DNA of 62,860 nucleotides, the filler included, from Asterionella formosa (Eukaryota), in the NCBI GenBank assembly GCA_002256025.1. It is 24 parts of 24 records of this genome, joined end to end, with 100 filler letters (N's around TTAATTAATTAA, not from the genome) between each part and the next. Parts side by side here need not be neighbours in the genome. Positions count along the whole stretch, not along the records: positions 35,186 to 36,721 come from NKIB01002025.1; positions 36,822 to 38,357 come from NKIB01002026.1; positions 38,458 to 39,993 come from NKIB01002027.1; positions 40,094 to 41,631 come from NKIB01002028.1; positions 41,732 to 43,266 come from NKIB01002029.1; positions 43,367 to 44,901 come from NKIB01002030.1; positions 45,002 to 46,536 come from NKIB01002031.1; positions 46,637 to 48,171 come from NKIB01002033.1; 16 more parts are not named here. One strand, 5' to 3'. This document shows positions 35,186-48,271 of this stretch, piece by piece. The notes below the pieces were generated by a model. It saw nothing but the letters and a program-made list of their open reading frames with translations, did not search any database and was not told where the DNA came from. How positions within the stretch are numbered: position 1 is the first letter of the stretch; every line of letters begins with the position of its first letter. The position numbers and the translations under genes were made by a program.

Positions 35186-36721
35186 GAGCCACTCAATCTG
35201 TCTGGCAAAGAGGCAGCGTGAAGAGGCAAGGAATTGTTACCCTTGTAGCCATCAGACCATGAGCTTGCGGTTCCGTCGTCATTCGTATCATCTCTCAACA
35301 TTATTGCGTTCCCTGTTGTCGACTGTAGAGCAACCCCTTCTAAGATATCTGCAGTATCTTGATCGAAGTCCCAAGATTGACCCTCGCTCATATCGATTCG
35401 CATGCTATTACCATTGACTGAGTCAACGACCCTACTTTTCAATTCAGCTTCTGCCGAGAACGAATTCACATCATGGCAAAGATCGGGTGACCTATCATGG
35501 TCGTTTGAAAAATCTAAATGTTGGGCACACCTGCTGCGGCTATAGGAATGATCGTCTGGGTCAACTGATCTCCTCGGTAACAATTCACCACGAGAGTCAA
35601 ATGAGCGCGCATCGGATCGATGACTATGACCACTATAAACCGAGCGATCACCGGTGGTGACCATGGGACTCCTTGACAATGGAGCACCATTGGAGTCGAT
35701 CGAAATGTCGTCGGAACAATGGCTCCTCGAGCTGACAATGGAGCGATCCGATGTGCCTTCTGGTCTCTTCTGATCTTGACCGATGAAGGAATCGGCAGAA
35801 TTCTCGTTCTTGTCAGAGCGATAACTACCAATGGAGTATGCTGCATCGCTTGCAGCAGCCGCACTCCTCGGAAGTGGCTCGCTGTCCCTCTCGACAGAGT
35901 GATCGCAAGATTGATTACTTTCGTTATTCAATGAATGATCTCTATCGAACGCACTATGACGAGAACCGGCATTACTTTCTGGCGATGACTCTTTGTTTGA
36001 AGAATATTTCGAGGATCTGACAGAACCTGTGGAGTCCCGGTCCTTTGCAACATCCGTCAAAGCTACGGAGGCGTCCAATACATTTGATCGATTTCCCCCA
36101 CTATGGTCGGTCCGATAATCAGAGCGATTCTCAGAGTCTGATCGGAACGTCCGTGGTGAACCATTGGTATCCATAGTATGGTCGCCTGACAGGTAGCTCC
36201 TTGTATAGGAGGAATGATGACCGCTGTCGTCTCGTCTACTGAGCAATGATTGGTTGAAAGGATCCAAGGAGCGCTCATTTGATCGATAGCTGCTGCTGCG
36301 GCTATAGGAATGATCGTCTGGGTCAACTGATCTCCTCGGTAACAATTCACCACGAGAGTCAAATGAGCGCGCATCGGATCGATGACTATGACCACTATAA
36401 ACCGAGCGATCACCGGTGGTGACCATGGGACTCCTTGACAATGGAGCACCATTGGAGTCGATCGAAATGTCGTCGGAACAATGGCTCCTCGAGCTGACAA
36501 TGGAGCGATCCGATGTGCCTTCTGGTCTCTTCTGATCTTGACCGATGAAGGAATCGGCAGAATTCTCGTTCTTGTCAGAGCGATAACTACCAATGGAGTA
36601 TGCTGCATCGCTTGCAGCAGCCGCACTCCTCGGAAGTGGCTCGCTGTCCCTCTCGACAGAGTGATCGCAAGATTGATTACTTTCGTTATTCAATGAATGA
36701 TCTCTATCGAACGCACTATGA
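35186..36721 (-). CDS. Internal part of a Ser/Asp/Arg/His-rich repetitive protein (254-aa repeat period)
   Basis: Frame open across the whole contig; 35531-35959 appears identical to 36293-36721 (offset 762 bp, in frame). Confidence 0.75.
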
Positions 36722-37226
36722 NNNNNNNNNNNNNNNNNNNNNNNNNNNNNNNNNNNNNNNNNNNNTTAATTAATTAANNNNNNNNNNNNNNNNNNNNNNN
36801 NNNNNNNNNNNNNNNNNNNNNCTGTTGGCACCGCTGGGATATAAATGTCAGCTGCTAAGTTCTGTTGTTATAAATATCAAGCTGATTGATCGTGAAATGC
36901 CTCAACGCTTTGCTTCGTTTCCATTCGGACACCGGTACACGCGTGATGCTTACAAACAGGATGAATGATATGAATGTACGTAAAATTAATCTTTTTATTG
37001 ATTCTGGTCATATGGCTGGGTGCATCCGCAAAGTGCATCGGGTAGCCGCCCGTACCTTGTAGTATGTTAGAAAATTTAGTTTCACCAAATATTTGTTTTG
37101 CATACATCAAAGAAGAGTCATCATATTGAATGTTGATTTCCCTTCATAAGAAATAGTTACTGGTTCATCATTAAATATTGATAATTAATCATTGTCGTCG
37201 ATTCTGATTGGTAAATTCTGGGTATA

Positions 37227-38357
37227 CGTCAAGGTGTCTCACGCGTATGCTCAAAAGGGAAACCGTTAGGTGTAGTCCTGCGAGGTCTGTCTTGTGACAT
37301 GCAGGCGCCTGGTACTAGTGGCCTGTAGGACCAGCGTGCATTTTGGTCATCCTTGAGTGGGTAATTCTTGTCTGGAATATGTCGAGTTTTTCCCATCCAA
37401 CAAGTTGTGTTGGATATTGCTTTGTGATTACTTCTTTTTTATCTGGTACCCTTCGATAGCGCTAATTGCAACATTAGGTTCAGTATTCTCCCCATCGCCT
37501 GTTTGATAGGAGAATTAGTCGGTTTATCAGACCCACGTAGCCTCTTCAGTAGCCTTTATCGGTTGATTGTTGTAATTTTCGAAGGGAAAACTGCTGGCCA
37601 GCGAGCAACGTTTGTTCCGGCGTTCTGGGAGTCCGCTTTTGCGCATCGTTGTTCAGTGTTGGGGTCATTATCATCATGTCACCAAGGACCAAGCAGAGGG
37701 TTCAACAGGGTGGTAGGGTCTCGAAGCGTGTCATTGCAGCTCAACGAGCAACCACAAGAGCGCAAATTCGAGCAGCCCAGGGAGAAGATGAGCTTCCGGA
37801 GCCGCCAGATGACGTCGTTGAGGTGGAAGGAGTTGGGGGAATGCGGCCTGAAGTGATTCAGGAGGTCCGAATCCCCGCACCAGACCTGCAGGCAAGCGAT
37901 TGGAGTCAGAGTGACAGTTCCTCTGGACCGGCAGACAACCCCAGCGATAGCTCAGGCGATAGTGGAGGCAACGAAAGCGATGATGATGATGACGATCCAT
38001 CGGGCATTTCAGTTGGTGATCAACTTGCCATGGCGCAAGTGTTCATTGAGTTTAATGGTGTGTTGGCAGAGCCGCAATTTCGAGAGAAATTGATCACCTT
38101 TGGACTCACCCCAGCCCAAGCAGATATTGTGATAGAGAATGGGGCGGTCTCAGCGAAATCTTTTGCACGCCTTTTCGATAAAGATGCTTTGGACAAACTC
38201 TTTCATTATGAAGGGTTGACAGGACTTCGGGTCCTGGTTATTCAACGCATTAGGGGTTTACATCGATGGCTTCGACAGCAACAAGAGGCAGGTAGGAACC
38301 TTGGCCTCGTGAATCTCACCAAGTTTGATGATGACGCTCTTGCATCTTTACTCAATC
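37227..38357 (+). mobile_element. 5' end of an LTR retrotransposon: LTR-like region (about 37227-37472) and gag N-terminus from 37676
   Basis: LTR-like segment ending GCAACA; ORF with acidic spacer and IRGLHRWLRQQQEAGRNL..TKFDDDAL resembling diatom gag N-termini. No catalytic domain in view. Confidence 0.5.
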
Positions 38358-38963
38358 NNNNNNNNNNNNNNNNNNNNNNNNNNNNNNNNNNNNNNNNNNN
38401 NTTAATTAATTAANNNNNNNNNNNNNNNNNNNNNNNNNNNNNNNNNNNNNNNNNNNNTGACTATGGATGTGATACTCAGTAATCAATGTCTGAATCACAG
38501 GTACTGCTTTATTAAGGGCCCAAAAATGGTATCAGTGATACAGCCTTAAAGCCCATTGGTGTTACAAGGAAATTGAGACCAACAATCATTTTTGGGACGA
38601 ACCCGGAAATGATCCACCAATCACCATGGCGGAACTTTACACAGAATGATAAGAACCCTATAGCCCATTCTAAGCTGACAAGGTAACGAGAGCAAACCTC
38701 TACGCTTCCTTCTTTCTTGCTTACCTCGCAACAACATTGTGCCCACTTGGTCCTACAAATACTAGGGGGGGCTCTTGATTTGCTAAATGTACACGTGCCT
38801 AGAAAAGTTCTAATTGTGATCGTTGTACTTCATAATACCAGCGACATCGTTCATGAATTTGGTGTAATCCCCACCGACAAGATGAGGAAAGAACTCAAAA
38901 GCAAGCCTGACATGTAAAGCTGCAAATTTTCTCATTCTTCACTCCGAATGTCGTTGTTTGTCA

Positions 38964-39859
38964 TCATCTATGACTTCCACCCATTCGCCTAACTCGCGGT
39001 GATTGACGATGTGTTGGCGACACCGGAGGTGTCAAAACGGACACGACATTGATTGATTGAACGGCCTTGAACATTCTCGTCTTGCCGACAATGCTAGTAG
39101 CCGCCTTGTTCACATCTCCATCCGTCACCATGTCCACTCGGCAGCAAGGACACATGTCGTGCTTTTCAAGCCATTCCAAAAGGCAGTCCTTGTGAAATAA
39201 ATGAAGGCAGTACTTCGACGAGACCATCACATCGCCTTCCTCTGTGAGTGGGATGGGAGGAAATTTGGGTAATTAGATACGATTGGCGCTCCGAGCATTT
39301 AACTTAAATTCCAAGATCACTTACGATAGCCAGAAAGGCAAATGGGACAAACGTTTTCATTTGCGTCATCTTCGTCGTCAAAGTCCATGGATCCTTGTGC
39401 GTCATTTTTCCGGGCATGTAGCGGTGATGGATTTAAACACAAATCAATCGCATCCTCTTCCTTGCAGTCTTCATCGGTCAAGACTGGAAAGGCTAGAACA
39501 TCACATGAATCCTCCGAATTCTTTTTATCGTTCCAAGGAAACGATCGACGAATCGTATCTAGGCCCGCAATTGAATTGGATATTCCTGTGTTGCCATCTT
39601 CGGGAGTACCGCTAGGTTCAAGGTTCGGAGCAAGTGCATTATTCTCTCCAATCGAATCTTCCACCATCACGATGCTTGTAGAGGCTTCAGGTGTCAAGCT
39701 ACTGTGTGTCGAGGATGTAGGAGTTTTGCTTGTAACATGACCCTCATCCTCGTCTGTTTCTTGGCCATCCTCCTTACTTTCCAACGTGAGCGTGACTGGA
39801 ATGTCGGCAAGGTCCGCGTCATTACTTTTCTTGTGAAAGAGAGACGATGCAGTTACGGA
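38964..39859 (-). CDS. RING-H2 E3 ubiquitin ligase, last two exons (39859-39325, 39241-38964)
   Basis: Removing GT-AG intron 39324-39242 yields [43 protein letters not shown] (C3H2C3). Confidence 0.88.
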
Positions 39860-41320
39860 CTGAATAAAGTTGGATAGATTCCAGTTAGTATGCGGTTGCA
39901 AAAAAAAGTATGGCAATCAGAAAGAGGACAACTCTTATGGCAAAATAGTTGTCTCGACGAAATGCCATACTATGTTCCAAGACAGCCACAGTCNNNNNNN
40001 NNNNNNNNNNNNNNNNNNNNNNNNNNNNNNNNNNNNNTTAATTAATTAANNNNNNNNNNNNNNNNNNNNNNNNNNNNNNNNNNNNNNNNNNNNATAATTT
40101 ATATCTAGAATTCACCTCGTTTTTGTTCGTCTCCTGAAAAGTGGACTCCGGCAATTTTACCTTTCACCATGCCAATCGTCGTCCATCATGACCGGTTTGA
40201 AGCGAAATCGGTTCCGCGATGACGCCAGTAGCGATTCTTTGCCTAACGGATGCGGTTGATTGTTGGATTGCTTTTTTTCCGAGGTATTCATGTAGTCGCA
40301 TCGTCCATATTTCGTCGGACGAACGATGATATCGATACATCTGATGTTGGTGGCAAGTTTTTGCTCCGGTCATGTACGTATGTAATGATGCTTAACGGAT
40401 ATTCTACCGGTAGCGGTTACCGGCAGTCATCTAGTCTACATACGTACGTGGTACTAAAAACAACCATGCATGGTTTAAGCTATGCTTCAACGCTTACTTT
40501 GAACACGTAATAATATTATCTCTGTAGACTCGGTATTATTTTTACGAGACCTGAAATGTTGAATTATATCGTTCACATATTCATTGATTTTACGTATCGT
40601 ATGCCCGATTTCGTCCTCACAAATATAGTTCTCACTCTATCTTGCCTGCCTTTGCTCTATTCGGGCTTGCAATAGGCAACGTTCGTCTTTATTTGATCCC
40701 ATCTTCTGCTGCTTGTTATGCTAGTTGAAGCGGATCGGTGAGTACAACAGTGAAACACTGAATGTGGATTGTAGATCGTATTTATCGACTTTCCGATTTG
40801 ATTGGCTGCTTCCGTGGTTTGTTTTGATTGCTTCCGTCGTTGTTTGTCGTTACGCACTGTCGTTTTTTTTCGATTGTATATATCTACATAAGAACCAATG
40901 CATTTATCAATGACTACTCATTGAAGATGTGGTATTGTGTCGTTGTTGATCGTATTTGTTGATTTGTATAGGCGTTGACAATGATGTCAATATTGCTTGA
41001 TGTGCCCCATATTGCCCTTAAATAAAAATTACTTAGAGACTAAAAATTACTTAGAAGTACCCGAATGGCAAGACGATAGCTGGAGCGGGAATTGCTCAAG
41101 TAACAACCATCCCTAGAAGTGCTGGGTGCTCCATAGCTTTGACACCTACATGGCAGAATCCCTTGACCCTAACCAAATCCTAATAGTATAGTAGTCTAAG
41201 CAGTTCATAATGGTCTCTAGACTCTAGAATAGATCCTTAGCACTATGTGTACATGATCCTTAGAAGGCGTGCTCCCCTTACCCTAGCACCCCAAATTCTG
41301 AAACAATATCTTTCTTCATT

Positions 41321-41631
41321 TCATTGGTTTAGGCCATTGTAGAGTCTTGAGACAGGGTATACTGCTTTTGCATAGTGCAACAACTGTGATTCGCCCTGTG
41401 TTTTAGGAATAAGGTTTTGAACAGAATTAGCAACACTTTGTTCAGGACTTAAATAAAGCAAATAAATCGTCTTGAACTTTGTAAGCCATCCCGCCTTTTT
41501 ACACATTTCTGTAAACTTTTTCAGTACATTGTGATGTTTGGAAACATGTACCTGGACACCACACACACTATCGCCACACTTCCAGATGAGATCAATTGCA
41601 GGAAAATTGGAGTTTCGGGGAACATACATTC
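41321..41631 (-). CDS. C-terminal PD-(D/E)xK nuclease-like domain of a Crinkler/RHS-like protein (partial)
   Basis: YVPRNSNFPAIDLI....GVQVHVSKHH...IYLLYLSP fits the P..xNFP.ID...Q.....H pattern of CR-REase domains; possible frameshift near the end. Confidence 0.6.
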
Positions 41632-42499
41632 NNNNNNNNNNNNNNNNNNNNNNNNNNNNNNNNNNNNNNNNNNNNTTAATTAATTAANNNNNNNNNNNNN
41701 NNNNNNNNNNNNNNNNNNNNNNNNNNNNNNNATGTAGATGACGAGCACACGGTACCAGTACCTGGTACCTGGTACAGATTCCATACTCTCAACTCTCAGC
41801 GGTTACCAGGTCCCAGGTACTGGTGGCACCTGTGGTACCTGGTACCTAGCAGGAGTACACCCCGCTGCTAGACATTCGTAGTCAATCTATTATTTATGTA
41901 GGCCTACAGTGCTACAAAATTGAACGCACTTTCTACACATTTCTGTGCTGAAAATATGAATCACGGCGGAAGCAAGCAAAAACCGCTGCTGACAGAACTG
42001 GCCGTTAGGATAATAAATATGTGGACGAAATCCCCCACAGATTTACGTACAGAAACTATATATGTTCCACATTATTCTGTTTTCCGGTAGGAACCTGTGT
42101 GCTTGATACAAGATTCTTGCAATACTTTATTAGTACCGGTATGTCCCATTACATGTATGTAACGGGCAGCCTACGGCCGTTGGCTGCTAGAAAATACATA
42201 TCTTACATGAATCTGATCGTGATTCTATGTAGAAAATATCACAACGGTAGTGCAGGCCGTAGCACGGATTTGTATACGGGTAGTCTGATGGTGCAATTTT
42301 GGTTTATCTAAGTAATAGTGTTGCAATCGGTGCTGCAATTGTGGTGCAAATGCCAATGGGCAGTTGAATTTACGAATAGTTTTCTCTTTTTCAACCCTGT
42401 TTGGGAAAAAAAGTCCCGATACTCGACCTGGTACCTGTTATGGAGTACCAGGTATCGATACCGCTACCGGACAGCGGTATGCCGTGTGATGAGCAATGC

Positions 42500-43045
42500 T
42501 ATTGCCCGTAGATATTTAATGCCTGATCAGAGCTAAAAATCGAATCGACGAAATGGCAGTCGCGCGTACTTTTCAAGTAGTACGGGAACGTCGCAACAGA
42601 ACGCGCGACTAAAAGTTCGCAAGATATTTGAGAAAAAGCGAGGTCTGTGCTCGATACACATGAGGAATTTTCCACGTAGAGAGGAAGTACGGAGTTTCCC
42701 GTATCTCCCAGGTAGGAACAACCAGCAATGACAAAGCCGAAAGCCGGGCTAGGGTCGATTGAATTGTACTTCGGTACGTATTTATCCATGCAGTACTTGA
42801 AGCAATCTTGTTCTTGCCCAATGATGATGTTAATGCCATGTCAGTGCAGACCTCAAACTCGCTTTTCAGTAATTAAATGGTGGTTCGTGCTTTTCAAGAT
42901 GTACGCAAACTTCGAAGAAACACGGGCGACTAGAATTTCGGAAGACATTCTTCTGAGAAAGAACAACGATGTCTGTGCATGATACACAAAAAGAATTTTC
43001 AACATAGCGAGGAAGTACGGCGGAGGTTCCCGTGCCTCCCATTTT
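42500..43045. repeat. Repeat family with internal duplication; further copy at 46100-46300
   Basis: TTTTCAAG..GTAC..GAAC.TC...GCGACTA.AA.TTCG...GGAATTTTCCA...GAGGAAGTACGGAG at about 42570-42710, 42890-43040 and 46155-46290. Confidence 0.75.
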
Positions 43046-43366
43046 GACTAAGTTGCATACCGGTAGATGTCAGCACCAACGCATATATATCATACATAGA
43101 TCTCTTTAATACCGGTAGCGGTAGTCGAGAAAGTGCCACGTTCTAGATTTCGACCAACCCTCTGTCACGAATGAAGTGACCGTGACAGCATTAGAGTGCA
43201 CCTGGTCAAGGTTGACCTTGCTCACAACTAACCCTCCAAATAACGGATACAGTATAAAAGTTTTCANNNNNNNNNNNNNNNNNNNNNNNNNNNNNNNNNN
43301 NNNNNNNNNNTTAATTAATTAANNNNNNNNNNNNNNNNNNNNNNNNNNNNNNNNNNNNNNNNNNNN

Positions 43367-44162
43367 GGCGTAATCATCTTGGTTATCAGCATCAAGTCAG
43401 TGCCTTCCAGGATAGCTGCATCAGAGCTTATTCCAAAGTGAGTGAAATTTGTGTCTGTGCGATTGAGCATCTGTAGGATTACTTTCCCACTATCGGTACC
43501 CACAAAGGATGAAAGGGTATTTCCTGCCTCGTTGGAATTCAAATATTCATTACTCGGCAATGCTCCTGTCGCGTTCATTGTAGTCTCATTTCCATTGACA
43601 AGTCCAGAGTCGTTATAAGGGGCAGCTGATGGCGGAGGTACGGCAAGGAGCCTACTAGCGATCATGGCAGCTCCTACAGCAATAACTGAAGCAAGAACAA
43701 TGCATCCCGCTAGTATAGATATTAGTCGGCACATACGATTGATTGTTTTTACTTCTTCAATTATAATTTCATCACCGTTTGCTAATTCCGCATGGAAAAT
43801 GTCCTCTGACATTCTTGTTTCGGCAAAGTGACAAATGTCAGCATCTAGTACAACATGTAGCTCCCCCAGCAGCACTACCGGTACTACTAGTATTGCGGCT
43901 TACAAAACTCTCGTAACCCCTTGATATTGACTGATCGTCAGGTCTCATAAAGTCCTCGTGCTCGGATCTCAACGACTGTGTTGTCGGTCGTTGATATACT
44001 ACTGTTTGTGTAGTTGGAGGTTCATTGTGTGGTGCTCCTGCCATATGCTCTGCCCTTTCGTGTTGTTTCAACAACCAGTCCTCGATATCCAAATCATTCA
44101 TGCTACAATCATCCAACTCGCACGGCGCCTCGTCATCGTGATCTCTCGGGGGATTTTTCATG
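43367..44162 (-). CDS. Single-pass membrane protein, possibly fasciclin (FAS1) domain; partial, frameshift near 43860
   Basis: MKNPPRD start, transmembrane LISILAGCIVLASVIAVGAAMIA, then NFTHFGISSDA resembling the FAS1 H1 motif; frameshift next to a G5 run. Confidence 0.45.
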
Positions 44163-46636
44163 TTTTCTTTTCTTTTTTTATGAGTAAAATTCCGGTAATA
44201 TTTAGATATCCTATTTTTGTTTTGCTTGTGCATTACGGTATTACCGGTAGTCATCGTCCATACACCATATATATATGATTGCAGAAAATTGTTTGGTTGG
44301 GCCTTCAACATAAAAAAAGTTTGCTTCAACTTTGTGATCGTGCGTGCCGAAAGATTTATATGGGAGGAATAGTGTGAATGAACCACTTCTGGTATGTCTA
44401 ATATCATAAACAGCTGCTCCGTACATGAGCGAATTAATCACATCATGATGTACATACTGATATGGATACCTGCGGCCGCACTCCGGACTAATGTAAGTTC
44501 AGTTGTTGTCCAATTCACGTTACAACGTTCGTAAACGAAGAAACAAATAATCGCGAACCTACAGTCGGAAGAAAGGATGCATTAGTACACCAGTCATGGA
44601 GAAACAATTAGTCGTTTGGTTTCCAGAAGATTATGATTTGGCCGTGTGGTCTATTTTTCCTGAACAAAAATACCTTTAGTTCGTACACAAGTTCGCACAT
44701 GGGTGTACTTATGAAGCACTCGTTGAGACATACGAATAGGATTCGGACGCCAGGGCAATATAAAATGGTGGTTTTTTTAATGGGTGTACTTTTATGTATG
44801 CTATGCTTCGTTGTCTACGACCCCCAAAATGTACACTATCGTGACTGAATTTGACTCATACTACTGGGTCTTGGACTATGATAAGATTTCCCTTATATTT
44901 CNNNNNNNNNNNNNNNNNNNNNNNNNNNNNNNNNNNNNNNNNNNNTTAATTAATTAANNNNNNNNNNNNNNNNNNNNNNNNNNNNNNNNNNNNNNNNNNN
45001 NACATAACCGTCGTACATCGCTCATGTAGACATACCGGTATACTACATCATCAGTTTCTGAAAACAACAATTGATCTATAATTCGTGATTTATCCATTTA
45101 CAATAGGCTAATCATCATTGTCATGATGTTGCCACGTTGCCACTACTACCAGTACTGGCAAACATCATGTTCCAAGAACATAAGGGTATATGCTTGTATA
45201 TAGAACACTGAAACAACCATATATCGGTCATACCTTGTATAATAAATTCAGTATACATATGGAATACAGTACCAGGTACTATGAATAGTTAATAAGTATT
45301 CAGGAATGTAGGCAGAGACGAGCACAGCATATATATTCTACATAGATGTACCAATACATATTTTCCTGTACATACATTTTTGCAATTGCATGACAGCTAA
45401 GAACAATCACAAATTTGACAAATGCAGCATATGTACACTTATTGGCGGGGTCGACAATCATTCTATGATGGCTCTGTGTGCACATCTGACCCCAACGGAA
45501 TCTAGCTCTCCAGTAAAACCCCCCTTTTTCAATTGGGGGTTATGAATTGGGTTTGAGATTGGGGGAAAGAGTTTGACCCTAAAATAGTTCCTGTCAAATC
45601 GAATTCTAGCATAATAGTATTCTAAACAATCATGCCACAAATGAAAGATAACTGTTATCCCGAGCTAGCCAGATTATATATTTTAGAATTGGATCCTCAG
45701 ATGTGGATACACGATATGCCCAAATTGTCATTTTGGCAAATTTGCTGGTATCTACATTTGTTCATTTGTCTTTTCATGTTGTAATCGCTACTTGCTACTA
45801 CTCCAACCGCTTTATGTTTTGTATTACTTGTCAGGGAGTTGATGGAAACTATGAAGTATGAAAAGTCAAGTACAAAAACTTTCTTTTATTTATAATCGAC
45901 CTCGCATCACGTTTTTCAAAAAGACTGCAAAAGACTGCAAAGTTGCAAAAGCCCACAAAAGAATGCAGGAAAAAATTGCATATCCAGGTTTTCTTGTTCT
46001 TTTGAGGTCTTTTCATTTGAACTCTCTCAGTCTGATACTACCAGGTATATATGCTATCTTGCCGTGTATTGGAAACAATGTTCATATTGCCCCTGGATAA
46101 TTAATGCCATTTCAGAGCTCAAACTCACTTTGACGAAATGATAGTCATGCATACTTTTCAAGAAGTACTCGAACTTCACAGAAGAACGTGCGACTAGAAT
46201 TTCGCATGATATTTCGAAAATAAACATTGAGGTCTGTACACCATAAACACAAGGAATTTTCCATACAGCAAGGAAGTACGGAGTTTCCCATACCACCAAG
46301 TGGAATAACCAAACTTCTGCAAGAAACATGCGTTGTGTATGTGTGCGTCCTCTTTTCTTGATATGTAGTTACCAGGTACCGGGTAGTAATGTTTTTGATG
46401 AGGACCGGTACGTGGTACCAGGTACTGGGTATTGTGGTACCTGGTACCATGTACCGGCACCGGTAGACAGAACTCCCCATTTTTGGTAACTACCGTGATA
46501 CTCGAGTACCGGTACCTGGTAGTACAAAACGAGAAANNNNNNNNNNNNNNNNNNNNNNNNNNNNNNNNNNNNNNNNNNNNTTAATTAATTAANNNNNNNN
46601 NNNNNNNNNNNNNNNNNNNNNNNNNNNNNNNNNNNN

Positions 46637-47150
46637 ATGTTGATTACTAATTCAACAACCGGTATTTCACATTACATGGGAAACAAATCTCGATATGCAA
46701 TCAAACAAAGCTGTTCTATCAGAATGGAATCTTCAGTCTTGAGAAGGCAGGCATTATGAGACATCTGTAAGGAAATTGCAAGACAAGGAGAAGCCATTCA
46801 TTCAGAAGGGGGAAATTATTCACTCTTGAACAGGCATCATTCTACGAAGTTGCAACATGAATGCATCCTCACATACTGATTTCCTTCTTGTACTTGAAAT
46901 GACTTCTTCATTGACCTGCAGAGATTTTCATAACAAGAGTGTGTCAGTAATGTATATGATAGAACTAGCAACAGCAGAAAGCAACACACAGTTCATTCTG
47001 GACCTCATTGTCCCTGCCTGTTGTCAACAACCATGCGTGAGCTGACAAGCCATACTAGCATTTAGGTAAACAACAAGAACACACTCACCATTCAACTGTA
47101 TTGCAGAGTTCTTTTATTTGAGTCGAGGATTCAATTGACATTGTAGCAAA
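46637..47150 (-). pseudogene. Second copy of the micro-exon gene, extending it 3'
   Basis: Reverse complement matches 30013-30175 including intron 5 sequence, then continues with another probable intron ending CTCTGCAG. Confidence 0.8.
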
Positions 47151-48271
47151 CCCTTTCAATTCAGGAGCATTCGGATGAAATACAGGATTGAATATTGTTG
47201 CTTTCTGATTCTGTGTTAATGTCATATGATAACAGGGCTCCGTAAATCATGAGTTGTTAGTGTGCCTTGGCGTGCTGTTTGTCATGCTGCCAGCTGCTGC
47301 TGTATTTTTACTGAATTATTGAACAACTGGCACATAAAGATTCGCATAGTCATTCAATAATTCATTATAAATACTCCCTTCCTCCCTTGTCTTCTTGTTC
47401 ATCAACCTTGTTGATCTCTCTTGTCCCCTCCTTCACTGCACTATTTGTCTAACCATGGTTGGTGCAGACTTTCAAAAGAAATTCCTCATGTGTTTTGACA
47501 AAAGCCAGTAGCTCAATCCAAAAGTAATGTCAATAGGCTGCCATCGACACAGGAAACAAAGGCTCATACTGATAAGCCTCAGTCCCCTTACCAGGAATTG
47601 AATATTTCCTGCCATATTCTATTGGATCACCTGTAGTTGACAAAACACAAGCAACAGCAGATGTGGTGATACTATCAAATTTCGTTTTCGATTTCGTTTC
47701 TTTCAAATTGTCAAGGGACGCTAGCGTCTGCAAATAAAAACTATCATATTTCCATGATGCATCATAGGATTGTGATCATCTGATCATAATTTTTGGTTAG
47801 ATCATCTAATAATTTTGATAAATGACACAAACCTCGACAAAAGCACTAGTACCTTGTAGATGTTCATGAAAAGCGAGACACTTTGCTTGGCCTATCGCCC
47901 ACCAGCCAGTCTATACTGCAAAAATGCAAGAAGCACAAGTTGAATGCCCATTTATGGATTCAAGTTTCAGTAGTGCAACAATATTAAATATTAGAAACCG
48001 GAAGTCACATTTCATCTAATTACGGTTTTCATTAGCTATACATCTAAGCCGCGTATTACGTGAAGTGACCATCACATAAATAAGCCTAGTTGATTTTGAA
48101 TGCATCACATGAATAAGTTGAATACATCAAAATACGTAGTTGAAAATATCTATGTATTATCTGAATACATCNNNNNNNNNNNNNNNNNNNNNNNNNNNNN
48201 NNNNNNNNNNNNNNNTTAATTAATTAANNNNNNNNNNNNNNNNNNNNNNNNNNNNNNNNNNNNNNNNNNNN

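Noticed and set aside
39994..40300. Possible first exon of the RING gene in the next contig
   Set aside because: Different contig; no support for linkage.
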